This document shows positions 1 through 9,900 of a stretch of DNA of 45,952 nt, one piece after another (positions within the stretch are counted from its first letter, which is position 1; each line of letters opens with the position of its first letter). The notes below the pieces were generated by a model, which saw only the letters and a list, made by a program, of their open reading frames with translations, was not told the origin of the DNA and did not search any database. This DNA comes from Candidatus Doudnabacteria bacterium (GTDB lineage Bacteria; Patescibacteriota; Doudnabacteria; UBA920): positions 1 through 45,952 of the forward strand of contig JAEUSF010000007.1 in the NCBI GenBank assembly GCA_016788665.1. The letters are read 5' to 3'. The translations under genes were made by a program, and so were the position numbers.

Positions 1-58
1 AAGCGAGGGAATTTGATGTAATGAGGCACGGGATTTTGTTTTAAGGAAAGGAGGAGTC

Positions 59-151
59 GTGGCAGCCAAGAAGAGAAATGGCAGACGTCCACCCAAGTCA
101 CCGAAGACCTTGTTTGTCACCATAATTGTGCAAAAACCAGCCAAGCCCTAG
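59..151 (+). CDS. small basic peptide, 30 aa (MAAKKRNGRRPPKSPKTLFVTIIVQKPAKP)
   Basis: GTG start preceded by AAGGAGGAG; followed by a hairpin plus T-tract at 143-176; below the ORF-track length cutoff. Confidence 0.45.
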   Translation: MAAKKRNGRRPPKSPKTLFVTIIVQKPAKP

Positions 152-212
152 CACATTGTACTTCTTGGGCTTTTTATTTGTCTTGATTATAACCATCCTA
201 TATAATTAGTCT

Positions 213-503
213 ATGGATTCAATAAAAAATGCTTTTAAAATAACCAAAAAAGCAGTTCAGCCTAAACCAAGCAAATACTTACACTCCCCTGCCCACCTGT
301 TAGCAGACGAGCTTTGTTTAAGGTTTAATGATAAGAGGCATTTTGGTTTTTATTTAAAACTCGCCGTAACTTATGACCATGCCTTTTTGAGGAAGCTATG
401 TGGTGAAGTTATGGAGAATAAGAATGTTAAAACTCCAGGCAAGCTCTTCGCCTACCTTATAAAAAAACACAACGAGACTTTAAAAAAGTCGGCAGCACAA
501 TAG
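213..503 (+). CDS. hypothetical protein
   Basis: 96-aa ORF, co-oriented with def and ending 11 nt before it. Confidence 0.7.
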   Translation: MDSIKNAFKITKKAVQPKPSKYLHSPAHLLADELCLRFNDKRHFGFYLKLAVTYDHAFLRKLCGEVMENKNVKTPGKLFAYLIKKHNETLKKSAAQ

Positions 504-514
504 TTTATAATTTT

Positions 515-997
515 ATGAAATTACCCATAAAAAAATATCCAGATCCTGTTTTAAGGGCTAAAACTCAGCCTGTCGTTTTTCCCTTGTCTGCCGAAATACA
601 AAAACTGACAAAAGATATGATAGATACAGTTCGAAGTGCGGATGGTATAGGCTTAGCTGCTCCCCAGGTGGGAAAGTCGGTTAAGCTGGTTATTATAAAT
701 TTGGAGAAGTCGGGTATTCCAATTTTTGCACTTTATAATCCACGGGTTGTTTCTAAAGGTTTTAAAAAAATAGAGCTTGAAGAAGGTTGTTTGTCTATAC
801 CGGGAGTTTATGGGTATGTTAGAAGGCCTAAAAAAGTTACTATTAAGGCCGAAAACCATTTGGGTGAAACTGTGCAAATAACCGACGAGGGGTGGGTGGC
901 TCGGGTTGCTCAGCATGAAATTGACCATATAAACGGAGTGTTAATAACGGACCTAATAAAAAAATACACAAAGGGAGAAGAATTGGTTAAAAAATAG
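515..997 (+). CDS. def: peptide deformylase
   Basis: GIGLAAPQVG, EGCLS and QHEIDH motifs. Confidence 0.97.
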   Translation: MKLPIKKYPDPVLRAKTQPVVFPLSAEIQKLTKDMIDTVRSADGIGLAAPQVGKSVKLVIINLEKSGIPIFALYNPRVVSKGFKKIELEEGCLSIPGVYGYVRRPKKVTIKAENHLGETVQITDEGWVARVAQHEIDHINGVLITDLIKKYTKGEELVKK

Positions 998-1063
998 TTT
1001 ATGTGATTTTTGTTTTTAATTGGGCTCGAGAGTTTCTTTATAATTTGTTAAGGGGAAATTTTT

Positions 1064-1603
1064 ATGCGTTTCATTAAAGATTTATTATTTTTTGAGCTTA
1101 ATACCACTGGTCCTGATTTGGACAAGGACAATGTTATTCAGTTGTCGGCAATAGTTGTAGATAAAGACAATTTATTAGAAAAAGATTTTTTTAATACGTA
1201 TGTTCGTATAAGTTATTTAGACAGTTTACTTTTGGCTCATTCTAAGCTTTTGCAGGTTGAGTACGAAGTTGTAAAAAAAAGTCCAAAAGTTGCCGATGCA
1301 GTAAAACTATTTCATGGAAAATTTAATCCAGGCCAAATATTGCTTGTTACTCATGGCACAAGTAATTTATTTTTTCTAAAGGCAATGTTTAAAAAAGTTT
1401 TAGTTCCTTTTGATTACAATACTCACGCAATAGATCTTTGGACTTTGGGTTATATATATACCTTAAATTACGGTATAAAAAAAATGCCTTCTTTCCATAC
1501 TTTTATTGAATACTTCAAGCTAAAACAGAAACAGCCGGCAGATGCCTTGGAAAAGGTTCGTCTGGAAGCCGAGGTGTTTAGAAAAATAATTAAAGAAGTT
1601 TAG
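1064..1603 (+). CDS. DEDDh/DnaQ-like 3'-5' exonuclease homolog, catalytically degenerate
   Basis: ExoI reads FFELNTTG (E-x-N instead of D-x-E); ExoIII reads PADALEK (no His, no final Asp); paralog of the next gene. Confidence 0.75.
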   Translation: MRFIKDLLFFELNTTGPDLDKDNVIQLSAIVVDKDNLLEKDFFNTYVRISYLDSLLLAHSKLLQVEYEVVKKSPKVADAVKLFHGKFNPGQILLVTHGTSNLFFLKAMFKKVLVPFDYNTHAIDLWTLGYIYTLNYGIKKMPSFHTFIEYFKLKQKQPADALEKVRLEAEVFRKIIKEV

Positions 1604-1716
1604 TTTGTAGGTGTGTTTTTAAGGCAAGCTGTTGGTAGGTGCAGCTGTCAGTGAAATATTGCATGATTTTAAGTTCTGCTTCTGTATAAATTTAAAAGTT
1701 TTATTAAGTTTGAATT

Positions 1717-2277
1717 ATGAATTTTAAAAAAGACATTTTGCTTATAGACCTAGAAATGACGGGGCTCGATGTAAGCAAGCACGAAATTATACAACTTTCG
1801 GCGGTTTTGCTGGACAAAAAAAGTTTAGAGGAGAAAGCATATTTTAATGCATATGCAAAAAGCCGTAGGTGGAAAGACAGGGATCTGGAGTCAATGCGGG
1901 TAAATGGGGTCAAAAAAGAATGGTTGGATGCTTCCCCGGATTTAGTCAGTGTGCTTAGGGAGTTTAGTTTGAAATTCAATCCGCGGGATGTAATTTTAAG
2001 TTATTATGGCGGTCCTTTGGATATGGATTTTTTGAGAGCGGCCTACGGGAAGCATAAAATTCAATGGCTTTTTGATTATCATTATTTTAATTTATGGTCA
2101 TTTTTTTATGGTTATTTGGCAGCCGTCAACCAATTAAAAAATACTCGTAAATTTACCGGTTTTTCACTGGAAGATTTGATGAGAAAATATAAAGTTAAGT
2201 CAGTTAACCGTCATGATGGTTTGGAAGACTGCAGAGTGGAGGCGGAAATATTGAGAAAGATTATTAAACATACATAA
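1717..2277 (+). CDS. DEDDh 3'-5' exonuclease (DnaQ/oligoribonuclease-like)
   Basis: IDLEMTG, LDMDFL and HDGLEDC motifs intact. Confidence 0.88.
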   Translation: MNFKKDILLIDLEMTGLDVSKHEIIQLSAVLLDKKSLEEKAYFNAYAKSRRWKDRDLESMRVNGVKKEWLDASPDLVSVLREFSLKFNPRDVILSYYGGPLDMDFLRAAYGKHKIQWLFDYHYFNLWSFFYGYLAAVNQLKNTRKFTGFSLEDLMRKYKVKSVNRHDGLEDCRVEAEILRKIIKHT

Positions 2278-2327
2278 TTCGTCCGAATTATTTAAATTCG
2301 AACGCTGCCCGAGTTTATGATTGAGCT

Positions 2328-3263
2328 ATGAAAATAATATTTTTTGGAACTTCGAACGTTGCTTTGCCAATTTTGGAAGCTTTGAGCAAAAAGCATGAGA
2401 TAGTAGCAGTCGTTACTAGTCCTGATGCTAAAGTTGGTCGAAAACAGGAGTTAAAGGAGTCGCCGGTTTCTGTGCTGGCCACGGAAATGAAGCTGAAGCT
2501 TTTAAAACCTGTAAAAGTTAAAGGAGAGGCTGGTTTCGTTGAGGAACTATCTGCCTTAGGCGCAGATATGTTTGTAGTGGTGTCTTACGGGAAAATTTTG
2601 CCTTTACAAGTAATAAATTTGCCAAAATACAAGACTGTCAATGTTCACTTTTCTCCACTTCCAAAATATCGAGGACCTTCACCTATACAAGCTGCTTTGC
2701 AAAATGGCGACGAGTATACCGGAAGTTCTGTATTTATTTTAGATGAAAAGGTGGATAATGGGCCTTTGCTGTCTACGGAAATTATAAAAATTGACTCCGA
2801 CGATAACTATTTAACACTTTCTCAAAAGCTGGCTTATAAGGCGGCTGGCTCAATAAACCAAGTGCTTGAAGATTACGTGACTGGAAAAACCACTCCCCTA
2901 CCCCAAGACGAAGCCTCGGCTACTTATACAAAAATTATTTCAAAAACAGACGGACAGATAGATTGGAATAAGTCTGCGTATGAAATTTATAATCAGTTTC
3001 GTGCTTTTTTTCCTTGGCCGGGGGTTTGGACAAGGTGGAATGGCAAGGTGCTTAAAATAATTGATTTAGAACCTGCTTTAAAATCTCAGGCAGAGCCTGG
3101 GTCTGCAAAAAATTGTGGATTGGTTTTGGACGGTGGAAAAATTGCCTGCGGCCAGGATACCTTTCTTTGGCTTAAAATGGTTCAGTTAGAAGGAAAAAAA
3201 GAAACTCTTATTCAGGATTTTTTAAATGGCTATTCAGAATTTGTCGGTAGCGAATTAAAATAA
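2328..3263 (+). CDS. fmt: methionyl-tRNA formyltransferase
   Basis: IIFFGT, NVHFSPLPKYRGPSPIQ and PWPG motifs. Confidence 0.96.
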   Translation: MKIIFFGTSNVALPILEALSKKHEIVAVVTSPDAKVGRKQELKESPVSVLATEMKLKLLKPVKVKGEAGFVEELSALGADMFVVVSYGKILPLQVINLPKYKTVNVHFSPLPKYRGPSPIQAALQNGDEYTGSSVFILDEKVDNGPLLSTEIIKIDSDDNYLTLSQKLAYKAAGSINQVLEDYVTGKTTPLPQDEASATYTKIISKTDGQIDWNKSAYEIYNQFRAFFPWPGVWTRWNGKVLKIIDLEPALKSQAEPGSAKNCGLVLDGGKIACGQDTFLWLKMVQLEGKKETLIQDFLNGYSEFVGSELK

Positions 3264-3283
3264 AAAACTAGCTTCAAAATCAG

Positions 3284-3529
3284 CTAGTTAGGTTTACGTG
3301 GATAAAATATTGGTTGGGTGACCATAATTATTCCCGCTAGTATAACAACTATACAAACGCAGAGCACTATGGCGCCTGTTACTAGCGACAGTATTATGGC
3401 CGTTAATTGTTCGGATCCTGTCTCCGCCAGCGAGTTTCCCTTCAGTCGGGTACCGATTAATTGTACAATCGTGATGGCCTCCCAACACCCGGCCAAAATA
3501 AGCAAGAGCCCGTAGCAGAAGTTCTTCAT
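3284..3529 (-). CDS. small orphan membrane protein (2 TM)
   Basis: AAGGAGG SD at 3534-3540; two hydrophobic segments. Confidence 0.65.
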   Translation of the reverse strand: MKNFCYGLLLILAGCWEAITIVQLIGTRLKGNSLAETGSEQLTAIILSLVTGAIVLCVCIVVILAGIIMVTQPIFYPRKPN

Positions 3530-3579
3530 GGGACCTCCTTAAAAGCAATTATACTCAGATTAATGAATTCTGGCAATTT

Positions 3580-3610
3580 AAAATAAGCACCGCTTAGGGT
3601 GCTTATTTTA
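3580..3610 (-). terminator. intrinsic terminator after mltG
   Basis: AAAATAAGCACC-loop-GGTGCTTATTTT. Confidence 0.65.
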
Positions 3611-4457
3611 AATGCTTTTGTTTGTTTTTAATATGTTCTTCAAAGGTCTTTGAGTATATAGGTTCCCCAGTTGTTTGGTTATGTAGGTAGAAAAAATAGT
3701 CGGTGGTTTTAGGGTTTAAGACGGCCTTAATGGAATATATGGACGGGTTAGTTATAGGCGTTGGAGGCAGCCCCTTAATTTTGTACGTATTGTATGGAGA
3801 ATCGGTTTCTAAGTCTTTTAGGGACGGAGATGCTTCGCTTTTGCCGGTGGCATAGTTTACTGTTGCGTCGCTTTGGAGAGGCATGCCTATTTTTAAACGG
3901 TTGTAAAAAATTCCTGCTATAATATTTTTTTCTTCAGGAAAATCGTTAGATTCTTTTTCTACAATAGAGGCAAGTATTATGGCTTCGTAAAGATTTATGC
4001 CTTGCGCTAAGGATTTTTCTTTGGCATTGGCTGGTAGTTTTGTAACAAAATTAGTCAGCATTTTTTCGGCTATGGCGTGGGTTGCCTGCTCTGCGGTAGT
4101 TACTTTGCGGTCGCCTAGGCTTTTAAATACACGATATGTGTCCGGATACAAAAATCCCTGCCAGTCTTTATATGCTTCCTCGGGTAATATGTTTTTATAA
4201 AGGTCAGGTGAAAAAGTTTTAAGGTTTTTTGTGAATTCTGTAGCGGTTAAAATATTTTGAGTTTCCAAAAATTTTCCAATTTCTTTATTGTTCCAACCTT
4301 CTAAAAAGGTTAGAGAAATTTCCTCGGCCTTCTGTTCCTGGGCTTTTTGGTAAAATTTCTGCCTCGCTTTTCTTGCCTGAAATTTTGAATAAAATACGAA
4401 CAGGCTGCTAAGTAGCAGCCCGGTTAAAAGAATTGTTATAATCGTTTTTTTACGCAT
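3603..4457 (-). CDS. mltG: endolytic transglycosylase MltG (YceG family)
   Basis: N-terminal TM; GFLYPDTY, LASIVEKE, LQSDAT, SPYNTY and GLPPTPI motifs. Confidence 0.95.
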   Translation of the reverse strand: MRKKTIITILLTGLLLSSLFVFYSKFQARKARQKFYQKAQEQKAEEISLTFLEGWNNKEIGKFLETQNILTATEFTKNLKTFSPDLYKNILPEEAYKDWQGFLYPDTYRVFKSLGDRKVTTAEQATHAIAEKMLTNFVTKLPANAKEKSLAQGINLYEAIILASIVEKESNDFPEEKNIIAGIFYNRLKIGMPLQSDATVNYATGKSEASPSLKDLETDSPYNTYKIKGLPPTPITNPSIYSIKAVLNPKTTDYFFYLHNQTTGEPIYSKTFEEHIKNKQKHLK

Positions 4458-4507
4458 TTAAACAACCATTAATGGTTTATAGATTATAACATGTTTTATT
4501 TATTCCT

Positions 4508-5188
4508 TTAATTTTTGCGAGTCAAGTTTGCCTCAACTTCATCTAAAACCTTTTTTGCATGCTCTTTTCCGCCAAGACCAAAGGCTATACCTCCCGCAAT
4601 GGCGAGCATGGCCACAATTGCTCTAAACAGGTCATGCAAAAATTCAGTGGCTATTTGAAGTTGTGAGAGAGCTGCTATTATGCTGAACGAAACTATTGCC
4701 CAGCGTGTTATGGCGCCTAAAGCTTGGGAACTGTGCAGCCCGCTGGCTTTTACAGATGAGCTGACAATGCCGGAGAAAAAGTTTGCAGCTAAAACACCCA
4801 AAAGTAAAATAGCCATAGCAACAACTACCTGGCCTGCATATGTTAAGACGCCTTCGTACAAAAATTCGCTAACTTGGCGTAAGCCCAAAATTTCAGCGGC
4901 AGCTATAAAACTCCCTAAAAAGAAAAACCATTTTACTACCCAGGCTCCAAGACCTGCCAAGCTAAGTTTTTTTCCAGTTTTCTCTGACAACTGGCCTAAA
5001 CCCAGTTGGTTTGCTAAATTGTCAATTTTAATGGAGCTTAAAATCTTATGTACTAAGCCACTTAAAATGCTGCCTAAAAGCCAGCCGAGTATAAGAACAA
5101 TAATAACTGCTAGTACATTTGGTAAAACCCATATTATCCTTTGGTACAGGTCCGTAAGCGAGTTTAATACCGTGGTTTGATATGTCAT
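4508..5188 (-). CDS. MscS-associated TM-helix repeat membrane protein (CmpX-like)
   Basis: LPNVLAVIIVLILGW and GIAFGLGGKE; multiple TM segments; no MscS cytoplasmic domain. Confidence 0.75.
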   Translation of the reverse strand: MTYQTTVLNSLTDLYQRIIWVLPNVLAVIIVLILGWLLGSILSGLVHKILSSIKIDNLANQLGLGQLSEKTGKKLSLAGLGAWVVKWFFFLGSFIAAAEILGLRQVSEFLYEGVLTYAGQVVVAMAILLLGVLAANFFSGIVSSSVKASGLHSSQALGAITRWAIVSFSIIAALSQLQIATEFLHDLFRAIVAMLAIAGGIAFGLGGKEHAKKVLDEVEANLTRKN

Positions 5189-5230
5189 ATTTTTATTTTT
5201 TATGCGACTTAGTCGCTTAATAATTTTGTT

Positions 5231-5671
5231 TTATTCGCCTAAAATTTTTATCCAAGCCTCTCTGTGTCTGCCACCATCTAGTTCAATAAAAAATATACTT
5301 TGTTTTTCTCCCAACAATATTTCACTTCGCTGAACTATTAAATTTTCCGAAGAGCCCAGCAAAAAAGCTTTCACGTGAGCGTGGCCGTTGCTTCTTTCGT
5401 TAGGGGCGACATTTTGCCTGACTTCAAATAAGTCATGGCTGTAGCTAATATCTAAGGGTACCAGTCTATAAATGGTTTTCATCAGGTCTTGTAACAGCAG
5501 GGGCTCAAAGTGATTGAGCTTAATTGAGGCGGTTGTGTGTGGGCTGAAAACGGTAACCATCCCCTCTTTTACTCCCGATTCAATCACTGCAGTTCTGACG
5601 TGGCTGGTAATGTCTAGCATTTCAAATTGTTTTTTGGTTTCTAGTTGAATTTTTTTTTGGTAGGTTTTCAT
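5231..5671 (-). CDS. yjbQ: YjbQ/UPF0047 family protein
   Basis: PHTTASI, NGHAH and ELDGGR motifs. Confidence 0.9.
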   Translation of the reverse strand: MKTYQKKIQLETKKQFEMLDITSHVRTAVIESGVKEGMVTVFSPHTTASIKLNHFEPLLLQDLMKTIYRLVPLDISYSHDLFEVRQNVAPNERSNGHAHVKAFLLGSSENLIVQRSEILLGEKQSIFFIELDGGRHREAWIKILGE

Positions 5672-5699
5672 GGTTTTTATTTTGGAAATTTTTGGAGGG

Positions 5700-6005
5700 T
5701 TATGCTTTACTGTCTTTTTTTGATTCCAGTTTAAATTTTTCAGAAATTTTTGTTAAACGGGAAGTAACAATTACCGCAATAAGAGTGACTATTAGCGTGT
5801 AAGCGAATCTGGAAGCGAGACCTCTGCCGGTGCTGAAATATTGGGCAATAAGCTCTTTTATGGTGTCGTTCCAAGCCAATGCTGCCACCAGAACAAATGC
5901 TGAGCTAATAAATCCTGCTGTTTGGCTAACGACTAGCCGGTTTGCTTCTTTTAAATTTTCTTTAGTTTTGTCAATTAGAATATTTTTATCAATATTTCTA
6001 AGCAT
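5700..6005 (-). CDS. small membrane protein (DUF5654-like)
   Basis: SAFVLVAALAWNDTIK motif, 2 TM. Confidence 0.75.
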   Translation of the reverse strand: MLRNIDKNILIDKTKENLKEANRLVVSQTAGFISSAFVLVAALAWNDTIKELIAQYFSTGRGLASRFAYTLIVTLIAVIVTSRLTKISEKFKLESKKDSKA

Positions 6006-6065
6006 GATTTATATTGTTATATTATACCATATTTGGAATATAACCACACAATCATTAGAGAAAAA

Positions 6066-7739
6066 TTAACCTTTGGTCAGGTCTAAGAGCGTTGTTGCGT
6101 GTAAATCTGTATGTACGGGTAAGCTAAAAGCAAAAACTGACCCTTTGCCTTGACCTTGGCTCTCTGCCCAAATTTTGCCTTTATGCTGTTCTATAATAAC
6201 TTTGGCAACATAAAGCCCCAGGCCCAATCCTGCGCTTTGCTTAACAGATTCATTTCCCCTTTTGAATTTCTGGAAGATTTCTTCTCCTTCTTCTTTAGAG
6301 AAGCCCTTACCAGTATCTTTGACTGAAAAAACTATTTCGTCGTTTTTCTGTTCTAACGATACATTTATATCTCCTTGTTTTGTGTATTTGAGTGCGTTGT
6401 CGATTAAATTATTCATAACCTGCCTTAGCTTTTCTTTGTCGGCCATAATTTTTGGTAAGAAGCCTGACGGGCGTTTGAATTGCAGGTTTAAGTTTTTCTC
6501 TTTTGACATGGGTGTAAGTTGCTCAATTGTTATATCTGCGAGTGATAATGCGTCGGTTTCTTCGAACAAAAATTCCATTTTGCCACGTTCAATACGTGAG
6601 ACATTGAGCATGTCGTCTATAAGAGAAATTTGCGAATTGTTGGTACGGTTAGCTTTGTCTATTACATTTTTTTGTTCGTCGGTTAGTTTGCCAAAATCAC
6701 CAGCCAGCACGGCGCTTAGGTACCATTTTATGGTTGCAGGTGGGGTTCTGAGTTGATGGCTAGCAATGGTAATGAATTCGCTCCTGGCCTGGTCCAGAGC
6801 TTTGAGTTTTTCGTTGGCATCTGCAAGTTGGGTGCTTAAAATTTGAAGCTGGTCCTTTTGTTCTATTTCGTTTCTGACACTTTTATTTAGTAGAAAACTA
6901 ATATTTAAAATTAGAAAAAATATTATAAACCTGAAAGCGGCAGATTGAATGTCTTCGGAAATTAAGACTTCGAAAAGACTACTTATGGCCAATAGAAAAG
7001 TTAAAAATTCCGTTGTAATTATTTTGGCGTTAAGCAGGTGGTAGCGGACTATGGCGACGGCCGTGAAAGCTATAAAAGGAAGAATAAAAACCGGAGCTAA
7101 AGGTATGAATTTTAGGTTATTGAATACAACCGGTAAAAAGAAATTAAAACACAAGATAAGTAAAAAGGTTATGCTGGTTCCGGCAGCTATGGTGTTGTAC
7201 TGCTGTCTTTCCAGCTTTTGTGCTGCGGATCTTTTTTTCCATAAAATAACTAAACTGCCAAGAACTAAGAAAACTACAGCAATTCCAAATAAGGCAATAG
7301 CGGGTCCTCTTTCCGGGTTTGTTACTTGTCCTTCTACGGCAATTTTGTCTATGCGGTTAAATACCAGTGGCGTTAGGGTAAGGATAGAAGTTATAATAGT
7401 TCCCGGTATTAGGATTTTCTTGTACCATTTCGAAAATTTAACTTCTTCTTTGGGGAAAACATAGAAAAATTGAAATAAGGCAAAAGCGTGCCAAACGGCA
7501 GAAAAAATTGTGAGTCGTAAAAACCACAAAATTAATTCCGGTGAGCGAACCTTGTAATTAATGTAGTTAAAAATACCGTAAACCGCGGTTAAGAACGCAA
7601 AAATAAGAAACGTTTTATTGGTAATACTTTTTTTGTTGTTAAAGTATACGACAAAACCTAAAATTCCTATTGCCGCTATGGCAATTCCTACCGCAAGGAG
7701 GTCCAAGTTATTTAAATTTAAAAGTTGTAGAATTTTCAT
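6066..7739 (-). CDS. sensor histidine kinase with N-terminal multi-pass (7TM-type) membrane sensor
   Basis: about 8-9 TM helices; H-box ASHQLRTP, N-box NLIDNALKYT, G1 DTGKG, G2 GLGLGL. Confidence 0.93.
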   Translation of the reverse strand: MKILQLLNLNNLDLLAVGIAIAAIGILGFVVYFNNKKSITNKTFLIFAFLTAVYGIFNYINYKVRSPELILWFLRLTIFSAVWHAFALFQFFYVFPKEEVKFSKWYKKILIPGTIITSILTLTPLVFNRIDKIAVEGQVTNPERGPAIALFGIAVVFLVLGSLVILWKKRSAAQKLERQQYNTIAAGTSITFLLILCFNFFLPVVFNNLKFIPLAPVFILPFIAFTAVAIVRYHLLNAKIITTEFLTFLLAISSLFEVLISEDIQSAAFRFIIFFLILNISFLLNKSVRNEIEQKDQLQILSTQLADANEKLKALDQARSEFITIASHQLRTPPATIKWYLSAVLAGDFGKLTDEQKNVIDKANRTNNSQISLIDDMLNVSRIERGKMEFLFEETDALSLADITIEQLTPMSKEKNLNLQFKRPSGFLPKIMADKEKLRQVMNNLIDNALKYTKQGDINVSLEQKNDEIVFSVKDTGKGFSKEEGEEIFQKFKRGNESVKQSAGLGLGLYVAKVIIEQHKGKIWAESQGQGKGSVFAFSLPVHTDLHATTLLDLTKG

Positions 7740-8804
7740 TTACTTCCAAATAATTTTGGCGGGTTGTCTAAGTGTTCGGGCGCTGGGCTCTCCCCCGTCC
7801 CCTATTCTGAACATTAACAGAGCGTGTTCGTTTTTTAGCTGAAAAGTCTTTTTAATTTCATTATAAGAGTCCTCAATGACTCTTATGTGTTTTTTAGACA
7901 AACCAGGATCGGAAAGGTTTTTAATTCGTTGGTATAAAAAACATATACCAGTTAACGGTTGGAAAGAAAGCTTAAGTGCGGTGGTTTTTAGCCATATTTC
8001 TTCAAGCAGTTTTCCTGCACTAAGGTAGTCCTTTCCAGTAATGCCTTGGCTGGTAATTACACCATGCAGATATGAGCTTTCATAAATTTGGGCATTTTGC
8101 TTTGCAATGAAATTGGCAAAGCCCAAAGCCCCTAGTACGCGCATAATCTGCCAGTTTTGTGCGAGCTTAAAGCCAGGCAACGCAGGACCTGGTATTTCAA
8201 GAGTTTTAATATAGAAACCTTTTTTATGTTTAATTTCTTCACTTGTAGACCAGTTAATATGCGAATAGAAAAAATTGTGCATATGCTGGTTTTCAAACAG
8301 GATTTTTTCGTTTGCTGCCACAGCTTTGCCTAAGGTTTTCTTTGATAGTTTATCGCTAATAAATTTTACGTTTGCGTGATGGGTTTCGTTGGGCTTTAAA
8401 TTTTCTTGTAAATTCTGAATAAAAATATCCGCTTTATTTTCGTTGGAATATTTTTTTCGATTGGTACACCTTTCAAACACAGCTTCGAACAGCGCAGGGC
8501 GGCCTTTTTTATCCGAAGGACTTAAGTTTAATACTGCCACTGGTTTTTCCGGGCTTTGGTATTCAAAAAATTCAGTTTGGCAGCTAAGGCTGGAGTTTTC
8601 CGCGGCAATTGCCATATTTTCTACGCAGGCTCCAATTGCCAGCAAAGAAGCTTTGTGACCCCAGCTGTATAAAGAGTTATCAGCTTCTTCAACTAAAAAA
8701 ATTGAAATACTGTTTGTGCTAGCTTCAAAGCGCCAAGGTTGGCAGTTGTCTCCTGAGGGTGCGTGGATTCCAGCGTCGATTATTTTTTCTATTTTTTCTT
8801 TCAT
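7740..8804 (-). CDS. nitroreductase-fold protein (Acg/Rv1355c C-terminal-like)
   Basis: APSGDNCQPW, IGACVENM, RCTNRK and FRIG motifs. Confidence 0.8.
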   Translation of the reverse strand: MKEKIEKIIDAGIHAPSGDNCQPWRFEASTNSISIFLVEEADNSLYSWGHKASLLAIGACVENMAIAAENSSLSCQTEFFEYQSPEKPVAVLNLSPSDKKGRPALFEAVFERCTNRKKYSNENKADIFIQNLQENLKPNETHHANVKFISDKLSKKTLGKAVAANEKILFENQHMHNFFYSHINWSTSEEIKHKKGFYIKTLEIPGPALPGFKLAQNWQIMRVLGALGFANFIAKQNAQIYESSYLHGVITSQGITGKDYLSAGKLLEEIWLKTTALKLSFQPLTGICFLYQRIKNLSDPGLSKKHIRVIEDSYNEIKKTFQLKNEHALLMFRIGDGGEPSARTLRQPAKIIWK

Positions 8805-8810
8805 TTTGTT

Positions 8811-9899
8811 TTAAGCTAAAAGTTCCTTTAGGTTTATTATATACCTATTTTTATTTAGCCGCTGCTTCGTTATTATCATTCTGGCAATATAAGAGAGTGC
8901 GGAAGCGTTAAGAATTGCTGTTCCGCCCAGTTGGGGCCAGGAAACTATGCTTTTCCCGATTTCTGACAATGACTCAAGCATTCTGTTTTCATGGTTTTGT
9001 TTGCCTAGTAATTTTGCAATATACTCCCCTGTTTTCTGTTTGGTGAGATTAAAAAAAGTTTTAGAGGTCACTTTTCCTAGTCGTCCGTTAAAGTAAGGAG
9101 TTTTTTGGTTTAGGTCGTAACGTTCAATGTCCACAATTGCACTATTGCCGACGTCGGCTCCCATAATAACAGGTTTTTTTTGTTTTTTTGCCTCTTCCCG
9201 CAAAAAAATTTTTGCCGGAAAGCTGTCTAACTCGTCTATTACAATATCTAAGTCCTTTACAAAACTTTTAATATTATGTTTTGTGAGGCCTTCGGAAAAG
9301 ATTTCAATTTTTTGGTAGGGATTTATTTCATACAGCTGTTTTGCTAAAATTTCTGTTTTGGGTTCTCCTAAGTTATTTATGCTGGCACGTATGCGGTTTG
9401 TATTGGAAAGAGCAAGTCGGTCAAAGTCAGCAATTTTTATAGACTTTGCTCCCCCTTGTATAATCAGTGCTGTAGCCACACTGCTGCCAATGCTTAAGCC
9501 GCCAATACCTACTTTGGCATTATAAAAGGCTTTTTGTTCCTGGGGGTAAATTAATTTTTGGTTTCGTGAAGTTCTGACTTTAAAATAATCTTCTTCTTCT
9601 AAAATATGAGTTAAGGTATTTAGCCATGGAAAAAAAACCCAGGTTCCAAGTTGTTTTTCCTTTTGCTTGTTTGTTAGGCTGAAATAGTAGAACCTAAAGG
9701 CTTTTTCGGCTTCATTAGGTGTTAAAACCAAATGGGGGTTTTTTAAATAAAACAATTCTTTTTGCTGTTCCAGGTAATCGTCGCAAACTTTAATATTTTT
9801 ATGCTGCGCTAAAAGATGACTCAATTTTTTTTGGTCAAATTTATTGGAAAGCTTATAGAATTTGGGTGGAGCAAAAACTGGCCTTTGTTTTTTGGGCAT
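8811..9899 (-). CDS. ThiF/E1-like adenylyltransferase (Rv1355c N-terminal-like)
   Basis: WVFFPW, RTSRN, VGIGGLSIG, ADFDRLALSNTNR, EINPY and SWPQL motifs. Confidence 0.85.
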   Translation of the reverse strand: MPKKQRPVFAPPKFYKLSNKFDQKKLSHLLAQHKNIKVCDDYLEQQKELFYLKNPHLVLTPNEAEKAFRFYYFSLTNKQKEKQLGTWVFFPWLNTLTHILEEEDYFKVRTSRNQKLIYPQEQKAFYNAKVGIGGLSIGSSVATALIIQGGAKSIKIADFDRLALSNTNRIRASINNLGEPKTEILAKQLYEINPYQKIEIFSEGLTKHNIKSFVKDLDIVIDELDSFPAKIFLREEAKKQKKPVIMGADVGNSAIVDIERYDLNQKTPYFNGRLGKVTSKTFFNLTKQKTGEYIAKLLGKQNHENRMLESLSEIGKSIVSWPQLGGTAILNASALSYIARMIITKQRLNKNRYIINLKELLA

Positions 9900-9900
9900 T

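Noticed and set aside
4680-7464. Long plus-strand ORFs opposite membrane-protein genes
   Set aside because: They are antisense shadows of well-supported minus-strand CDSs.
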